Position numbers and translations under genes: made by a program
Source of the DNA: an uncultured Gammaproteobacteria bacterium
GTDB taxonomy: Bacteria; Pseudomonadota; Gammaproteobacteria; Steroidobacterales; Steroidobacteraceae
Assembly: GCA_963706535.1 (NCBI GenBank)
Contig: CAVPMU010000009.1
Location: 47,921 to 111,920 of the forward strand
Direction of reading: 5' to 3'
DNA: 64,000 bases
The notes under the pieces: generated by a model
Databases searched by the model: none
Seen by the model: the letters and a program-made list of their open reading frames with translations, nothing else
What the model was told of the DNA's origin: nothing
Shown: positions 28,431 through 37,661 of the stretch, piece after piece
Layout of the letters: every line of letters begins with the position of its first letter
How positions within the stretch are numbered: the first letter of the stretch is position 1

Positions 28431-29362
28431 GCAATACCAGGGACAAGTACCGGAAGGTCGCCTACTACCCGGGCTGCGCGCTCGAGGGCACCGCGCACTC
28501 CTACAACCGCTCCACGCAGGCGCTCGGCAAGGCGCTCGGCCTCGAGCTCGTCGAGGTCGACAACTGGAACTGCTGCGGCGCGATGGAAGTGAAGAACATC
28601 GACCCGAAGCTGCAGACCTACCTCTCCTCCCGCGTGATGGCGACGGCGACGTCCGAAATGAAGATGGACGTGGTGATGGCGCCCTGCAACGGCTGCTACC
28701 ACAACCTGAAGAAGGCCGAGTACGACCTCGCCCACGATGCGAAGAGCGCCGAGGTGGTGGACCGGCTGTCGAAGAAGGCGGGCCACGCGACCTACCAGGC
28801 CGGGCAGGTGGAGACCATCCACGCGCTCGACTGGATCAAGCACGGCATCGGCGACGAAGGCCTGAAAAAGCGCCTGCGCGGGTCGTTGAACGGGCTCAAG
28901 GTCGCCAACTACTATGGCTGCATGTACACGCGGCCGCGGCACATCTTCCCCGAGAAAGACCAGGGCCCGGGCAGCGAGTCCACCTCGAAGCCGCACTACA
29001 TGGACGACCTGCTCGCGGCCGCCGGCGCCGTGAACGTCGACTTCCCGCTCAAGACGGCCTGCTGCGGCGGCGCGCACACGCTCTCCGACAGCGACACCTC
29101 GACCAAGCTGGTGCTCAACATCCTGCGCGCGGCCGAGGCCGCGGGCGCCGAGGTCATCGCGACCGAGTGCCCGACCTGCCACTCCGGCCTCGAGATGCAC
29201 CAGGTGCGGGCGGAGAAGAAGTTCGGCGTGGCGACGCGGGTGAAGATCGTCTACTTCACGCAACTGCTCGGTCTCGCGCTGGGACTGAAGCCCCGCCAGC
29301 TCGGCGTGCACGAGAACGTCTCCGACTCGCTGGGATTCCTGAAGGAGAAGGGGATCGCGTGA
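28427..29362 (+). CDS. hdrB: Heterodisulfide reductase subunit B-like protein (sHdr HdrB2-type, two CCG domains)
   Basis: 311 aa. YYPGCALEG...NWNCCGA and NYYGCMY...KTACCGGA...ECPTCH CCG-domain cysteine patterns. Confidence 0.8.
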   Translation: MSNTRDKYRKVAYYPGCALEGTAHSYNRSTQALGKALGLELVEVDNWNCCGAMEVKNIDPKLQTYLSSRVMATATSEMKMDVVMAPCNGCYHNLKKAEYDLAHDAKSAEVVDRLSKKAGHATYQAGQVETIHALDWIKHGIGDEGLKKRLRGSLNGLKVANYYGCMYTRPRHIFPEKDQGPGSESTSKPHYMDDLLAAAGAVNVDFPLKTACCGGAHTLSDSDTSTKLVLNILRAAEAAGAEVIATECPTCHSGLEMHQVRAEKKFGVATRVKIVYFTQLLGLALGLKPRQLGVHENVSDSLGFLKEKGIA

Positions 29363-29796
29363 AGCCCCTGGCCGACATCGAGCGGCGGCTCGGCGAGATC
29401 GAGGCGGGCGTCGGCGGGCAGGGTCCGGCCGCGGCCGCCGAGCTGCTCGCGCTCGGCGAGGAGGTGCTCGAACACTGGGTCGCGGCCAGGGGGCTCGAGC
29501 CGACTCGCAACGAACGCGAGGGATTCCGGCTGCTGGCGCTGCACCGGCAGGGCTGCACCGACGATGCGAGCTTCAACGCCTGCCGGGAAACCTGCCGCGA
29601 ACTCGTCTACCATTACAACCTGATCACCCTGGATCCGCAGCACCCCGAGACGGCGCAACGGATGACCATGATGACCCTGGTCGCCAACCACCTGTTGCTG
29701 TTCGTGGCCGGCAAGATGCAGGTCGCGGCGCTCGGCGATTTCTGCTGTGCGTCGCGCCCGCTGCGTCAGGATGCCGTGCCGCAGGGCGAGGCCTGA
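29359..29796 (+). CDS. Cys-containing hypothetical protein of the sHdr-type cluster
   Basis: GTG overlaps the hdrB stop (GTGA). 145 aa. Cys motifs CTDDASFNACRETC and FCC. Confidence 0.55.
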   Translation: MKPLADIERRLGEIEAGVGGQGPAAAAELLALGEEVLEHWVAARGLEPTRNEREGFRLLALHRQGCTDDASFNACRETCRELVYHYNLITLDPQHPETAQRMTMMTLVANHLLLFVAGKMQVAALGDFCCASRPLRQDAVPQGEA

Positions 29797-29807
29797 GGAG
29801 AATCGAA

Positions 29808-30248
29808 ATGCCTGTCGTGAAGGGTTGCAAACTGCCGGACGACCTCCTGTACGACGTCGAGAACCAGATCTGGTTCAAGGAGCTCGGCGACGGCACGGTG
29901 AAGGTCGGCATGACCGCGGTCGCCACCGCCATGGCGGGTCGGCTGGTCGCATTCACGCCGAAGGGCGTGGGCAAGGAAGTGAAGGCTGGCAAGTCCTGCG
30001 CCACGGTCGAGTCCGGCAAGTGGGTGGGTCCGGCCAAGGTTGCCGCCGGCGGCGAGGTCGTGGCGGTCAACGAGGCGCTGGTGGCCACGCCGAGCATGGC
30101 GAACGACGATCCCTACGGCGAGGGCTGGCTGATCGTGCTGAGGCCCGAGGGCTGGGACAGCGTCAAGCCGGCCCTGATTCCCGGTGCCGAGGTGGCCGGT
30201 CCGTACGAGGCCAAGATGGCTGCCGACGGCTTCGCGGGGTGTGCGTGA
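29808..30248 (+). CDS. lbpA: Glycine-cleavage-H-like lipoate-binding protein (LbpA-type)
   Basis: 146 aa. GcvH fold pattern. Lipoyl-lysine context VESGKWVGP. Adjacent to the hdrB2-like gene. Confidence 0.8.
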   Translation: MPVVKGCKLPDDLLYDVENQIWFKELGDGTVKVGMTAVATAMAGRLVAFTPKGVGKEVKAGKSCATVESGKWVGPAKVAAGGEVVAVNEALVATPSMANDDPYGEGWLIVLRPEGWDSVKPALIPGAEVAGPYEAKMAADGFAGCA

Positions 30249-30286
30249 GCGCGCGAGCCAGTGCCGTCGCGGCCCCGAAGGCCGTG

Positions 30287-30598
30287 ATGGTGGTGAGCAA
30301 GCTCGACCTGAATAAGCTCGAGAAGAACGCCGGCAAGGCCTGCGACCTGCTGGGCGCGATGGCCAACCGCTCGCGCCTGATGATCATGTGCCAGCTCGCG
30401 GGCGGCGAGAAGTCGGTGGGCGAACTGCAGCCCTTGATCGGCCTGAGCCAGTCGGCGCTGTCACAGCACCTGGCCGTCCTGCGGCGCAAGCGCCTGGTGC
30501 GCACGCGCCGCGAGGGCCAGTCGATCTTCTACGCGCTCACCAGTGGCGAGGCCGCCTCGATCATGCAGACGCTGCACGAGCAGTTCTGCAAGCGATGA
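30287..30598 (+). CDS. ArsR/SmtB family transcriptional regulator (sHdrR/SoxR-like)
   Basis: HTH GELQPLIGLSQSALSQHLAVLRRKRLV. Alternative GTG start at 30245. Confidence 0.85.
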   Translation: MVVSKLDLNKLEKNAGKACDLLGAMANRSRLMIMCQLAGGEKSVGELQPLIGLSQSALSQHLAVLRRKRLVRTRREGQSIFYALTSGEAASIMQTLHEQFCKR

Positions 30599-30599
30599 C

Positions 30600-31784
30600 C
30601 TAGTACTGCAGCCTCGCCGCCACCGGCGCGTGGTCGGAAGGCCACAGGCCGAGGCCCTGCGGCCACGTCTTGTCCGCAACCGATACCCCGAGCAGCCGAG
30701 CGTCCTTGACCTTCGTCGGCGCGGTCAGCGAGAAGATGCTGTCGATGCGCTCGTAGTGCGCCGACTCGTGGTTCGACAGGTCCTCGGCCTGACAGCACGA
30801 GTAGCCGACCAGCGGGCCACCCCTGGCTGTCCCGGTACCGGGTCGCAGCGTCCACACGTCGGTGAATCCGCTGCCCGCGAAGATCGCATAGGGCGGCGGC
30901 AGCGGGCCGACCGGCGTCGGCAAGGTCCCGGTGCCGTCACGTGGATCGGAATTGATGTCCCCCATCACCAGGGTCGTCGTGCCCGGCGCCGTCGGCAGCG
31001 CCAGCGCAGTCTGTGGCAGTTGCGCGGCGTGCAGCCGCTGCAGCACCCGGGTCGGCTCGCCGGCGGGGCCCGGCACGATCTGCCGTACCTCCAGGTGCGT
31101 GGCGAAGACGCGATACGGCTTGCCGGCCACCGCCAGGTCCACGGCCGTGAAGCCGCGCTCGATGGCGACCGGGCCGAGCGCCGTGACGATCGTGAACGGT
31201 TCGGGCAGGTAGTTGCAGCCCTCGAGCGACACTCGGCAGCCACTGAGTCCCACCGGCACCCGGGCCGCGGTCGGTGCAACGTCGCTGCGCACCAGGATTG
31301 CGTCGCGGTCGAGCACCGTGAGATACGCGACGTAGCCGTCGATCACGAACGGCAGGCCCGCGATCGCGAAGTTCTGCACGCGGGCCCTGGTGACATAGCG
31401 GCCGCCGAGATTGCTCTCCGTGGCGGCCAGGAAGTCGACGAATGCCCCGGCGATGCGCTGGTTGCCGCAGCCTTCGGTGGCAGGCGTTCCGGGCAGGTCG
31501 GCGCAGGAATAGGCGAAGGCCTCGTTCAACGCGCGGACGTGCGGCGAGCGGTCGCGCACCAGCTTCGACAGTCGCTCGAGCCGTTCCGCGGGCAAGCTCG
31601 CCGCGACGTTCTCGAGTGCCGCGACGACCCGCGCACTCACCTGGTCGGGCGGCGCGGTGATCACCGGGGTGAGGTCGGTGCCGAGGTACCGGTTCTGCGT
31701 CATCAGGTCGATTTCTGCGGATGACGCGGTGCCTGCGAAGGCGAGCAGCAAGCCCGCCGCCAGCGACGATTTCCACGTTCTCAT
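30600..31784 (-). CDS. Secreted endonuclease/exonuclease/phosphatase (EEP) family protein
   Basis: Signal peptide. LMTQNRYLG N-terminal motif. C-terminal SDHAPV motif. Confidence 0.8.
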   Translation of the reverse strand: MRTWKSSLAAGLLLAFAGTASSAEIDLMTQNRYLGTDLTPVITAPPDQVSARVVAALENVAASLPAERLERLSKLVRDRSPHVRALNEAFAYSCADLPGTPATEGCGNQRIAGAFVDFLAATESNLGGRYVTRARVQNFAIAGLPFVIDGYVAYLTVLDRDAILVRSDVAPTAARVPVGLSGCRVSLEGCNYLPEPFTIVTALGPVAIERGFTAVDLAVAGKPYRVFATHLEVRQIVPGPAGEPTRVLQRLHAAQLPQTALALPTAPGTTTLVMGDINSDPRDGTGTLPTPVGPLPPPYAIFAGSGFTDVWTLRPGTGTARGGPLVGYSCCQAEDLSNHESAHYERIDSIFSLTAPTKVKDARLLGVSVADKTWPQGLGLWPSDHAPVAARLQY

Positions 31785-31938
31785 CTTCCCCTCCGTCGCG
31801 GTCTCGTTCCGGCCGCATTGCGCGTGCGCCGAGCCCCGCCGCCGTGCAATGCGCAGTCAGGGACTTTACTTAATGGCCTGGCCGCGCCTGCGGGCTAAGC
31901 TCCGTTCGAGCGCCCAAGGCAGGGCGACCATTTCGAGG

Positions 31939-33042
31939 ATGGCCATGCACACATTCAGCCTGCGAACGTTTGGCGCACTGGCGCCGGCAACGATCCTGTT
32001 CGGTGCCGCCTTGCTGGCGGCACCCGCGCAGTCCGCCGACCTCGAGGCCGGCCGCAAGACCTTCGAGACCGTGTGCGCCGTATGCCACGGGCTCACGGGC
32101 AAGGCGGACCTCTCGAGCCCCACCGTGCAGGCGCTCGATCCCAAGCCCGCGGATCTCTCCGACCCGCTGTTCAACAGCCGCGAACCGGCCAGTGACTGGC
32201 ACATCGTCGTCACGCACGGCGGCCCGGCGCTCGGCCTGTCCGCCATCATGCCGGCCCAGGGCACGGCGCTCTCCGGGGAGGAGATCGCGAACGTCGTCGC
32301 CTACGCGAAGACCCTCGCGCCGGGCAGCGACATGTACCCGCCCGGCGAACTCAATTTCTTCCTGCCCGTGCGCACCAAGAAGGCCTTCCCCGAGGACGAG
32401 ATCGTGTGGAAGGGACGCCTGACGGAGCGCGACGACGGCGAGAACGTCATGCGCAACGTGATCGAGATCGAGAAGCGCTTCGGCAAGCGCTCGATGGGCG
32501 TGCTCGAGGTGATCCACGAGGACGACGGCGTCGACAACGAGATCACCAAGGTCGAGGCCGGCGTGAAGACCGTGCTGCACTGGAGCATGCCGAAGCAGTC
32601 GATCCTCTCCGGCGCGCTGATCGTCGCGGTGCCGACCGACGACGAGGAATCCGAGGAGATCATCCCGTACCTCGCCTACGGCAAGCGGCTCTCCGACGAG
32701 TGGATCGTCCAGTCGAGCGCGCGGGTCATCGTGCCGGTGGACGACACCGACCAGGGCGAGGTCGAGCTCGCGGGCATCGTGCACTACGAGTGGTACCACC
32801 GGGCGCGCGCGATGTTCCCGGCGCTCGAGCTGACGGCGGCCGTGCCGTTCGACGCGGGCGACGACGACTCGGTGCAGTGGACCGTCCTGCCGCAGGTGCG
32901 CCTCGGTCTCACGCGCGGCGGCCACGTGGCGCTCAACTTCGGCGTCGAGTTCCCGCTCAGCGACCAGTCCTACGACACGCGCTACCACATGACGCTGCTG
33001 TGGGACTTCGCCGACGGCAGCCTGTTCAAGGGCTGGAAGTAG
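31939..33042 (+). CDS. c-type cytochrome fused to a ~270-aa acidic domain of unknown function
   Basis: Signal peptide. CAVCHG heme motif followed by MPAQG (Met ligand). Long Asp/Glu-rich C-terminal region. Confidence 0.7.
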   Translation: MAMHTFSLRTFGALAPATILFGAALLAAPAQSADLEAGRKTFETVCAVCHGLTGKADLSSPTVQALDPKPADLSDPLFNSREPASDWHIVVTHGGPALGLSAIMPAQGTALSGEEIANVVAYAKTLAPGSDMYPPGELNFFLPVRTKKAFPEDEIVWKGRLTERDDGENVMRNVIEIEKRFGKRSMGVLEVIHEDDGVDNEITKVEAGVKTVLHWSMPKQSILSGALIVAVPTDDEESEEIIPYLAYGKRLSDEWIVQSSARVIVPVDDTDQGEVELAGIVHYEWYHRARAMFPALELTAAVPFDAGDDDSVQWTVLPQVRLGLTRGGHVALNFGVEFPLSDQSYDTRYHMTLLWDFADGSLFKGWK

Positions 33043-34311
33043 TCAGCGGGTCAGCCGGTACATCAGCAGCGCCGCGCGCTTGGTGAGCAGCGGCAGCGAG
33101 GCGAGGTCGACGAACTCGCCGGGGGCGTGGTCCTGGTCGCCCATCGCGCCGAGCCCGTCGAGGCAGGCAAGGCGTGGCCCGTCGCAGACGAAGGAGATGT
33201 CGCCCGCGCCGCGCTCGGCGGGATCCTGCGCGTGGATGGGCCCCGCGCCGAGGTCCCTGCTCACGGCGTCGAGGGTCGCGAGCAGCGCGAGGTTGGCATC
33301 GGTCGGCGCCATCGCCGGGTACTCCTGCTCCATCTCGAGCGTCGCGGAAGTGCGCGGCAGGCTGGCCGCGACGATCGCCGCCATCTTCTCGCGCGCCGAC
33401 TCGAACTGCGCCTGCGTCAGGTAGCGCACGTCGCCCTCGACGCGCACCTCGCGCGGGATGACGTTGGTCTTGCCGAGCGCGGCGCCGGCCTTGTGCCCGC
33501 TGTCGTAGTTCACGTCGGTGCCGCCCACGATCACCGACGGGTTGTAGGTCAGGTTGGGCTCGCGGAGCTCCACCCGGAAGCGGTCCAGGATGCGGGCCGC
33601 TTCGAAGATGGCGCCGTAGCCGCGCTCCTCGCGGAAGATCAGGGACGAATGCGCCTGCTCGCCGCGCACGTGCAGGCGCCAGAAGCCGATGCCGCGGCGC
33701 CCGATCACCGCGACTCCCGGCGACGAGCCCTCGAACGCGAGTACCACGTCGCTGTCGCGGGCAGCCTCGATGAGCGCCGCGCGGCTCGCGAGCGGCAGCG
33801 TCCCCGGGTCCTCCTCGTCACCGGTGAAGACGACGGTGATGTGCCGGCCGTCGAGCGCGCCCACCGCGTGCATGGCGCGCAGGGCCTCGATCACCACCAG
33901 GTTGCCGCCCTTCATGTCGGACGCACCGCTGCCGTAGCCCCGGCTGCCCTCGCGCCGGAATCGCTCGCCCTGCAGCACGGTGTCGAGGTGGCCGATCAGC
34001 AGCAGGCGCCGGCCCTTGCCGCCGCGTCGCTCGGCGACGAAGTGACCGGCACGACCGACCCCGGCCGGCAGGTCGACCCAGCGGGCCGTGAACCCGAGGC
34101 GCTCGAGTTCCCGCGCGTAGATTTCCCCGGCCTTGCGCACGCCGGCGTGGTTCTCCGTAGCGCTCGCGATGTCGACGGTTTCCGCGAGAAGTGCAACCGC
34201 GCCCTCCTGGCGTTCATCGATCGCGCGCACGATGCGGCGCTCGACGGTGGAAAGTGCGACCGCCTGGCCGGCGGTGGCGAGCAGCACGAGGAGCAAGGCG
34301 AGACGGTGCAT
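33043..34311 (-). CDS. M20 family metallopeptidase (carboxypeptidase G2-like), secreted
   Basis: Signal peptide. LLLIGHLDTV, DMKGG and FTGDEE metal-ligand motifs. Confidence 0.85.
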   Translation of the reverse strand: MHRLALLLVLLATAGQAVALSTVERRIVRAIDERQEGAVALLAETVDIASATENHAGVRKAGEIYARELERLGFTARWVDLPAGVGRAGHFVAERRGGKGRRLLLIGHLDTVLQGERFRREGSRGYGSGASDMKGGNLVVIEALRAMHAVGALDGRHITVVFTGDEEDPGTLPLASRAALIEAARDSDVVLAFEGSSPGVAVIGRRGIGFWRLHVRGEQAHSSLIFREERGYGAIFEAARILDRFRVELREPNLTYNPSVIVGGTDVNYDSGHKAGAALGKTNVIPREVRVEGDVRYLTQAQFESAREKMAAIVAASLPRTSATLEMEQEYPAMAPTDANLALLATLDAVSRDLGAGPIHAQDPAERGAGDISFVCDGPRLACLDGLGAMGDQDHAPGEFVDLASLPLLTKRAALLMYRLTR

Positions 34312-34381
34312 GCGGAATTCCCTCGACGTATGCGCCGCACGTTATCACTCCCGCGTGCGGTGATGAACGCCGGCGGGCCGT

Positions 34382-34798
34382 TCAAGGCATCGGCGCCACC
34401 CGGAACAGCCACACGTGCGCCCAGCCGACGAAGACCACGTAGATGGCGAGTCCGCCGACGATCGCGATCACGTCGTTCAGCTTCGAGGCCGGCGCGCCCG
34501 GGATCGGGCGCGGCGCCCGCTTGGCGACCGAGATGCGGTCGAGCACGGCCCAGGCGAGGAACCCGCCGAACAGCAGCACGTCGGCCAGCGTGCCATTGGC
34601 GAGCAGGTGCGCGACGGCCCAGGCCTTGGTCGCGGTCAGCATCGGATGCTTCACCGCCGACCGGATGCGCCCGGGCAGGTAAGCCGCCAGCAGCAGCGGG
34701 AACACCGGCAGCATCAACAGCGCCGTGGCGTGCCGCAGCCAAACGGGCGGCTGGTAGAGGATCACGGGCTCCTGCCGCGCGAGGCCATAGCCCCACAC
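34382..34798 (-). pseudogene. NnrU family membrane protein, apparently lacking ~55 N-terminal residues
   Basis: Begins VWGYGLARQEPVILYQPPVWLRH...HLLANGTLADVLLFG, matching the middle-to-end of NnrU. The upstream in-frame sequence is non-hydrophobic. Overlaps the kef 3' end. Confidence 0.55.
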
Positions 34799-36243
34799 GA
34801 GAGTCGCGCCGTGGCGACGTGCGCCGCCTCGAGCGCGATTCGCGACGAGCCCTCGCCGTAGACAGCCGCGAGGCCCACGGCCTCGGCGTTGCGGATCAGC
34901 TCCAGCCGGTGGTCGACCACGGTGACGGTCATGCCGAGTTCCGCCAGTCCGTTCGCGACCGACTCGCCGACCCGTCCGTAGCCGATCACGACGGCATCCG
35001 ACTTCAGGCGACCGCCGCTCGCGCCGGGCACGGTCGCCCGTCCGAACAACCGGCGCAGGCCGGGGATTGCGTCGAGCAGGCGGCCCGTCGGCGCGGCGAC
35101 AGCGAAGGCCGCGGGCGTCAGCAGGATGCTCAGGATCGAGGCGCCGAGCACGACGGTGTAGGTGGTGTGCGTGATGGCGTTCACGCCGAGGCCGGTCTTG
35201 GCGACGAGGTAATTGAGCTCGCCGACCGGCAGCATGCCGAGGCTGGTGTAGGCGGCGGTCCGCGCGTCGAGCCGGAACGGCAGCAGCGCCACGAGGGTGG
35301 CGAGCGGCTTCAACACCATCACCAGCGCGGCCATCCCGAGGATCGCCTGCCAGTGCTCGGCCATCAGGCGCACGTCCACCATCATGCCGATGAAGACGAA
35401 GAAGATCATGGTGGTGAGGTCGCGGAACGGCACGATCTCGATCGTGAGGCGCTTGTCGTATTCGGACTCCGACAGCATCAGGCCCGCCATGAACGCACCC
35501 ATCGCCGCCGAGAGGCCGAGGCCGGCGCTCAGTCCTGCGACACCGAACGCGATCAGGGCGACCAGCGCGGTGAACAGTTCCGGCACTTCGAGCCGCGCGA
35601 CGTAGTCCATCAGCCTCGGCAGGTAGCGCAGCCCGACCCAGGCGCCGGCGGCGATGAAGGCGAGCGCGAGGCCGACCTTGAGCAGCACCGGGCCGATCAC
35701 CTCGGCCGCGCTGCCGGAGCCGAGCGTGGCGAACTGCGGCAGCACCGCGACCAGCACGACGACCTGCAGGTCCTGCACGATCGACATCGACAGCAGCAGG
35801 CGGCCGTGGCTCGAGCCGACCTCGCTGCGGTCGAGCAGGGTCTTCAGGATGACCATGGAGCTGCTCGCCGCGAGCACCGCGCCGAAGAACACGCCCTCGA
35901 AGCTGTCCCAGCCGAGCGCAGTCGCAATCAGCCAGCCGCCCAGGATCGTGAAGGCCACCTGCAGCAGGCTGCCGACGATGGCCGGGCCGCCGACGCGCGC
36001 GAGATCCCGCAGCGAGAACGCGATGCCGAGCGCGAACATCAGCAGCACCACGCCCACGTCGGCCAGCGCGGCGATCAGCTCGCGGTCGGCGACGAACCCG
36101 GGGGTGAAGGGTCCCACCACGATGCCCGCTGCGAGGTAGCCGATGATCGGCGACAGGCGCAGCCAGGAGGCGAGCACGCCCGCGCCGAAGGCGACCGCGA
36201 CCGCCACCGTGAGGTTGACCATCAATGGCAGCGTGAAACCCAA
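34762..36243 (-). CDS. CPA2 cation:proton antiporter (Kef-type) with truncated C-terminal TrkA-N (KTN) domain
   Basis: 12-13 TM transporter. VVIGYGRVGESVANGL Rossmann start. Domain breaks off after ...EAAHVATARL, followed by 13 unrelated residues. Confidence 0.75.
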   Translation of the reverse strand: MGFTLPLMVNLTVAVAVAFGAGVLASWLRLSPIIGYLAAGIVVGPFTPGFVADRELIAALADVGVVLLMFALGIAFSLRDLARVGGPAIVGSLLQVAFTILGGWLIATALGWDSFEGVFFGAVLAASSSMVILKTLLDRSEVGSSHGRLLLSMSIVQDLQVVVLVAVLPQFATLGSGSAAEVIGPVLLKVGLALAFIAAGAWVGLRYLPRLMDYVARLEVPELFTALVALIAFGVAGLSAGLGLSAAMGAFMAGLMLSESEYDKRLTIEIVPFRDLTTMIFFVFIGMMVDVRLMAEHWQAILGMAALVMVLKPLATLVALLPFRLDARTAAYTSLGMLPVGELNYLVAKTGLGVNAITHTTYTVVLGASILSILLTPAAFAVAAPTGRLLDAIPGLRRLFGRATVPGASGGRLKSDAVVIGYGRVGESVANGLAELGMTVTVVDHRLELIRNAEAVGLAAVYGEGSSRIALEAAHVATARLSCGAMASRGRSP

Positions 36244-36247
36244 CGGT

Positions 36248-37198
36248 TCAGCTCTCCGCCACTGGCCGCATCCAGCGACGCACGACGTCGCTCCAGCGTC
36301 GCATCAGGTCGCCGGCGAAATCGGAGAACACGCGCACCTTCGCCGACTGGTGACCCGCGGACGGGTACACGAGCGAGATCGGTGGTCCGGGCAACACGTA
36401 CTCCTGCAGGATGAGTTTCAGCTCGCCGCGCGCGAGGTATTCGGCGACCAGCAGGTCGCCAGTGTGCGTGATGCCGAGCCCGGCCGCAGCAGCGATCAGC
36501 GGACCTTCCACCGCGTTGAACTGCATCGCGAAGTGCAGCTTGAGGCGGCGCGCGGTGTAGGGCGGGGGAAAGGTCCAGTCGGGACTGCCACCGCCGGCCG
36601 GCGTCATGCCGAGCAGGCGATGGTCGCGCAGGTCGTCCGGCGTGCGTGGTTCGCCGCGGGCGGCCAGGTAACTCGGCGCGGCGCAGGTCACGACGTTGAT
36701 CTGCGAGACGCGGCGGGCGACGAGCCCGGCCTGGCGCAGCGGGCCGACACGCAGGGCCACGTCCACGCGTTCCGCCACCAGGTCGACGATGCGGTCGTTC
36801 AAGCGGATGTCGAGGTCGATGTCGGGATAGCGGCGGGTGAACTCCGGCAGCGCCGGCAGCAGCAGGTAGCGTCCGAAGGCGACCGGCACGTCCACACGCA
36901 GCTGGCCTTGCGGCTTCAGGCGCGAACCGCGCAGGGTCTCCTCGGCGTCCGCCAGTTCCTCGAGGATGCGCCGGCTGCGCCGCAGGAAGTCGGCACCTTC
37001 GGCCGTCAGGCCCACCCGCCGCGTCGTGCGATTGAGCAGCCGTGCGCCGAGGTGCTTCTCGAGCGCCGCTACGTGCTCGCTGGCGGCGGCACGGGAGATG
37101 TCGAGCTCGTCGGCGGCCTGGGCGAACGATTCGCGCTCGGCGACCCGGTTGAAGACCCGCATGGCAAGGAGTTGGTCCATCGCAGGATTGTTCGACAA
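36248..37198 (-). CDS. LysR family transcriptional regulator
   Basis: HTH FAQAADELDISRAAASEHVAALE and LysR effector domain. Confidence 0.9.
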   Translation of the reverse strand: MSNNPAMDQLLAMRVFNRVAERESFAQAADELDISRAAASEHVAALEKHLGARLLNRTTRRVGLTAEGADFLRRSRRILEELADAEETLRGSRLKPQGQLRVDVPVAFGRYLLLPALPEFTRRYPDIDLDIRLNDRIVDLVAERVDVALRVGPLRQAGLVARRVSQINVVTCAAPSYLAARGEPRTPDDLRDHRLLGMTPAGGGSPDWTFPPPYTARRLKLHFAMQFNAVEGPLIAAAAGLGITHTGDLLVAEYLARGELKLILQEYVLPGPPISLVYPSAGHQSAKVRVFSDFAGDLMRRWSDVVRRWMRPVAES

Positions 37199-37257
37199 GG
37201 CCGAACAGAGAACAAGGACTATGGCTATTTTTCAAGTCAATCGCGGCGCCTATGCTG

Positions 37258-37280
37258 CCTCCCGCAAACACGCCAGGAGG
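37258..37280 (+). promoter_or_regulatory. CCTCC-N13-GGAGG potential anti-SD/SD hairpin upstream of small ORF 1
   Basis: Read directly. GGAGG is the SD of ATG 37289. Confidence 0.3.
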
Positions 37281-37288
37281 ATCCAGCC

Positions 37289-37414
37289 ATGTTGAACTCT
37301 GCGAACCCGAATCGTTCCCTGGGCCTCGCGCTCGCCGCCAGCCTCGCCGCGGCCCTCGCGGTCATCGCCGTCACCCTGACCCATGCACTGGACCGGGTGC
37401 AGCTCTATGTCTGA
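37289..37414 (+). CDS. Small hydrophobic peptide 1 (41 aa) MLNSANPNRSLGLALAASLAAALAVIAVTLTHALDRVQLYV
   Basis: AGGAGGA SD 8 nt upstream of the ATG. Single TM. Paralogous to 37662..37778. Followed by a 13-bp hairpin. Confidence 0.55.
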   Translation: MLNSANPNRSLGLALAASLAAALAVIAVTLTHALDRVQLYV

Positions 37415-37419
37415 GTGGC

Positions 37420-37464
37420 CGCCGCCCCGGTCTCGCGTTCGAGGCGTCCGGGACCGGGGCGGCG
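37420..37464 (+). terminator. 13-bp perfect stem (CGCCGCCCCGGTC / GACCGGGGCGGCG), 19-nt loop
   Basis: Inverted repeat read directly, 6 nt after the stop of small ORF 1. No clear U-tract. Confidence 0.4.
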
Positions 37465-37478
37465 ATACTTACAACAGA

Positions 37479-37506
37479 TTGAATATAAAAGACTTTTTAA
37501 TAATAT
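37479..37506 (+). promoter_or_regulatory. Sigma70-like promoter TTGAAT-N16-TAATAT in an AT-rich island
   Basis: Near-consensus hexamers. The only strongly AT-rich stretch in this neighbourhood. About 155 nt upstream of small ORF 2. Confidence 0.5.
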
Positions 37507-37515
37507 TCGCGAAGC

Positions 37516-37529
37516 GTGACAGTCGTCAC
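37516..37529 (+). promoter_or_regulatory. Palindrome GTGAC-AGTC-GTCAC just downstream of the -10 element (candidate operator)
   Basis: Read directly. Confidence 0.3.
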
Positions 37530-37633
37530 TCGTTTTCGCTGCACCGCAGCAAATCTGGGGCTAGAATGGCAGCCGTCAATAAAGACAGGGGCGCGCCCGG
37601 TGAGGCCGCCAATGACGGTCCCCGCCGGAATCG

Positions 37634-37658
37634 GCCTCCTGACGAGACCCAAGGAGGC
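37634..37658 (+). promoter_or_regulatory. 7-bp perfect hairpin GCCTCCT-N11-AGGAGGC sequestering the SD of small ORF 2
   Basis: Read directly. AGGAGG is 4 nt upstream of ATG 37662. Confidence 0.5.
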
Positions 37659-37661
37659 ATC

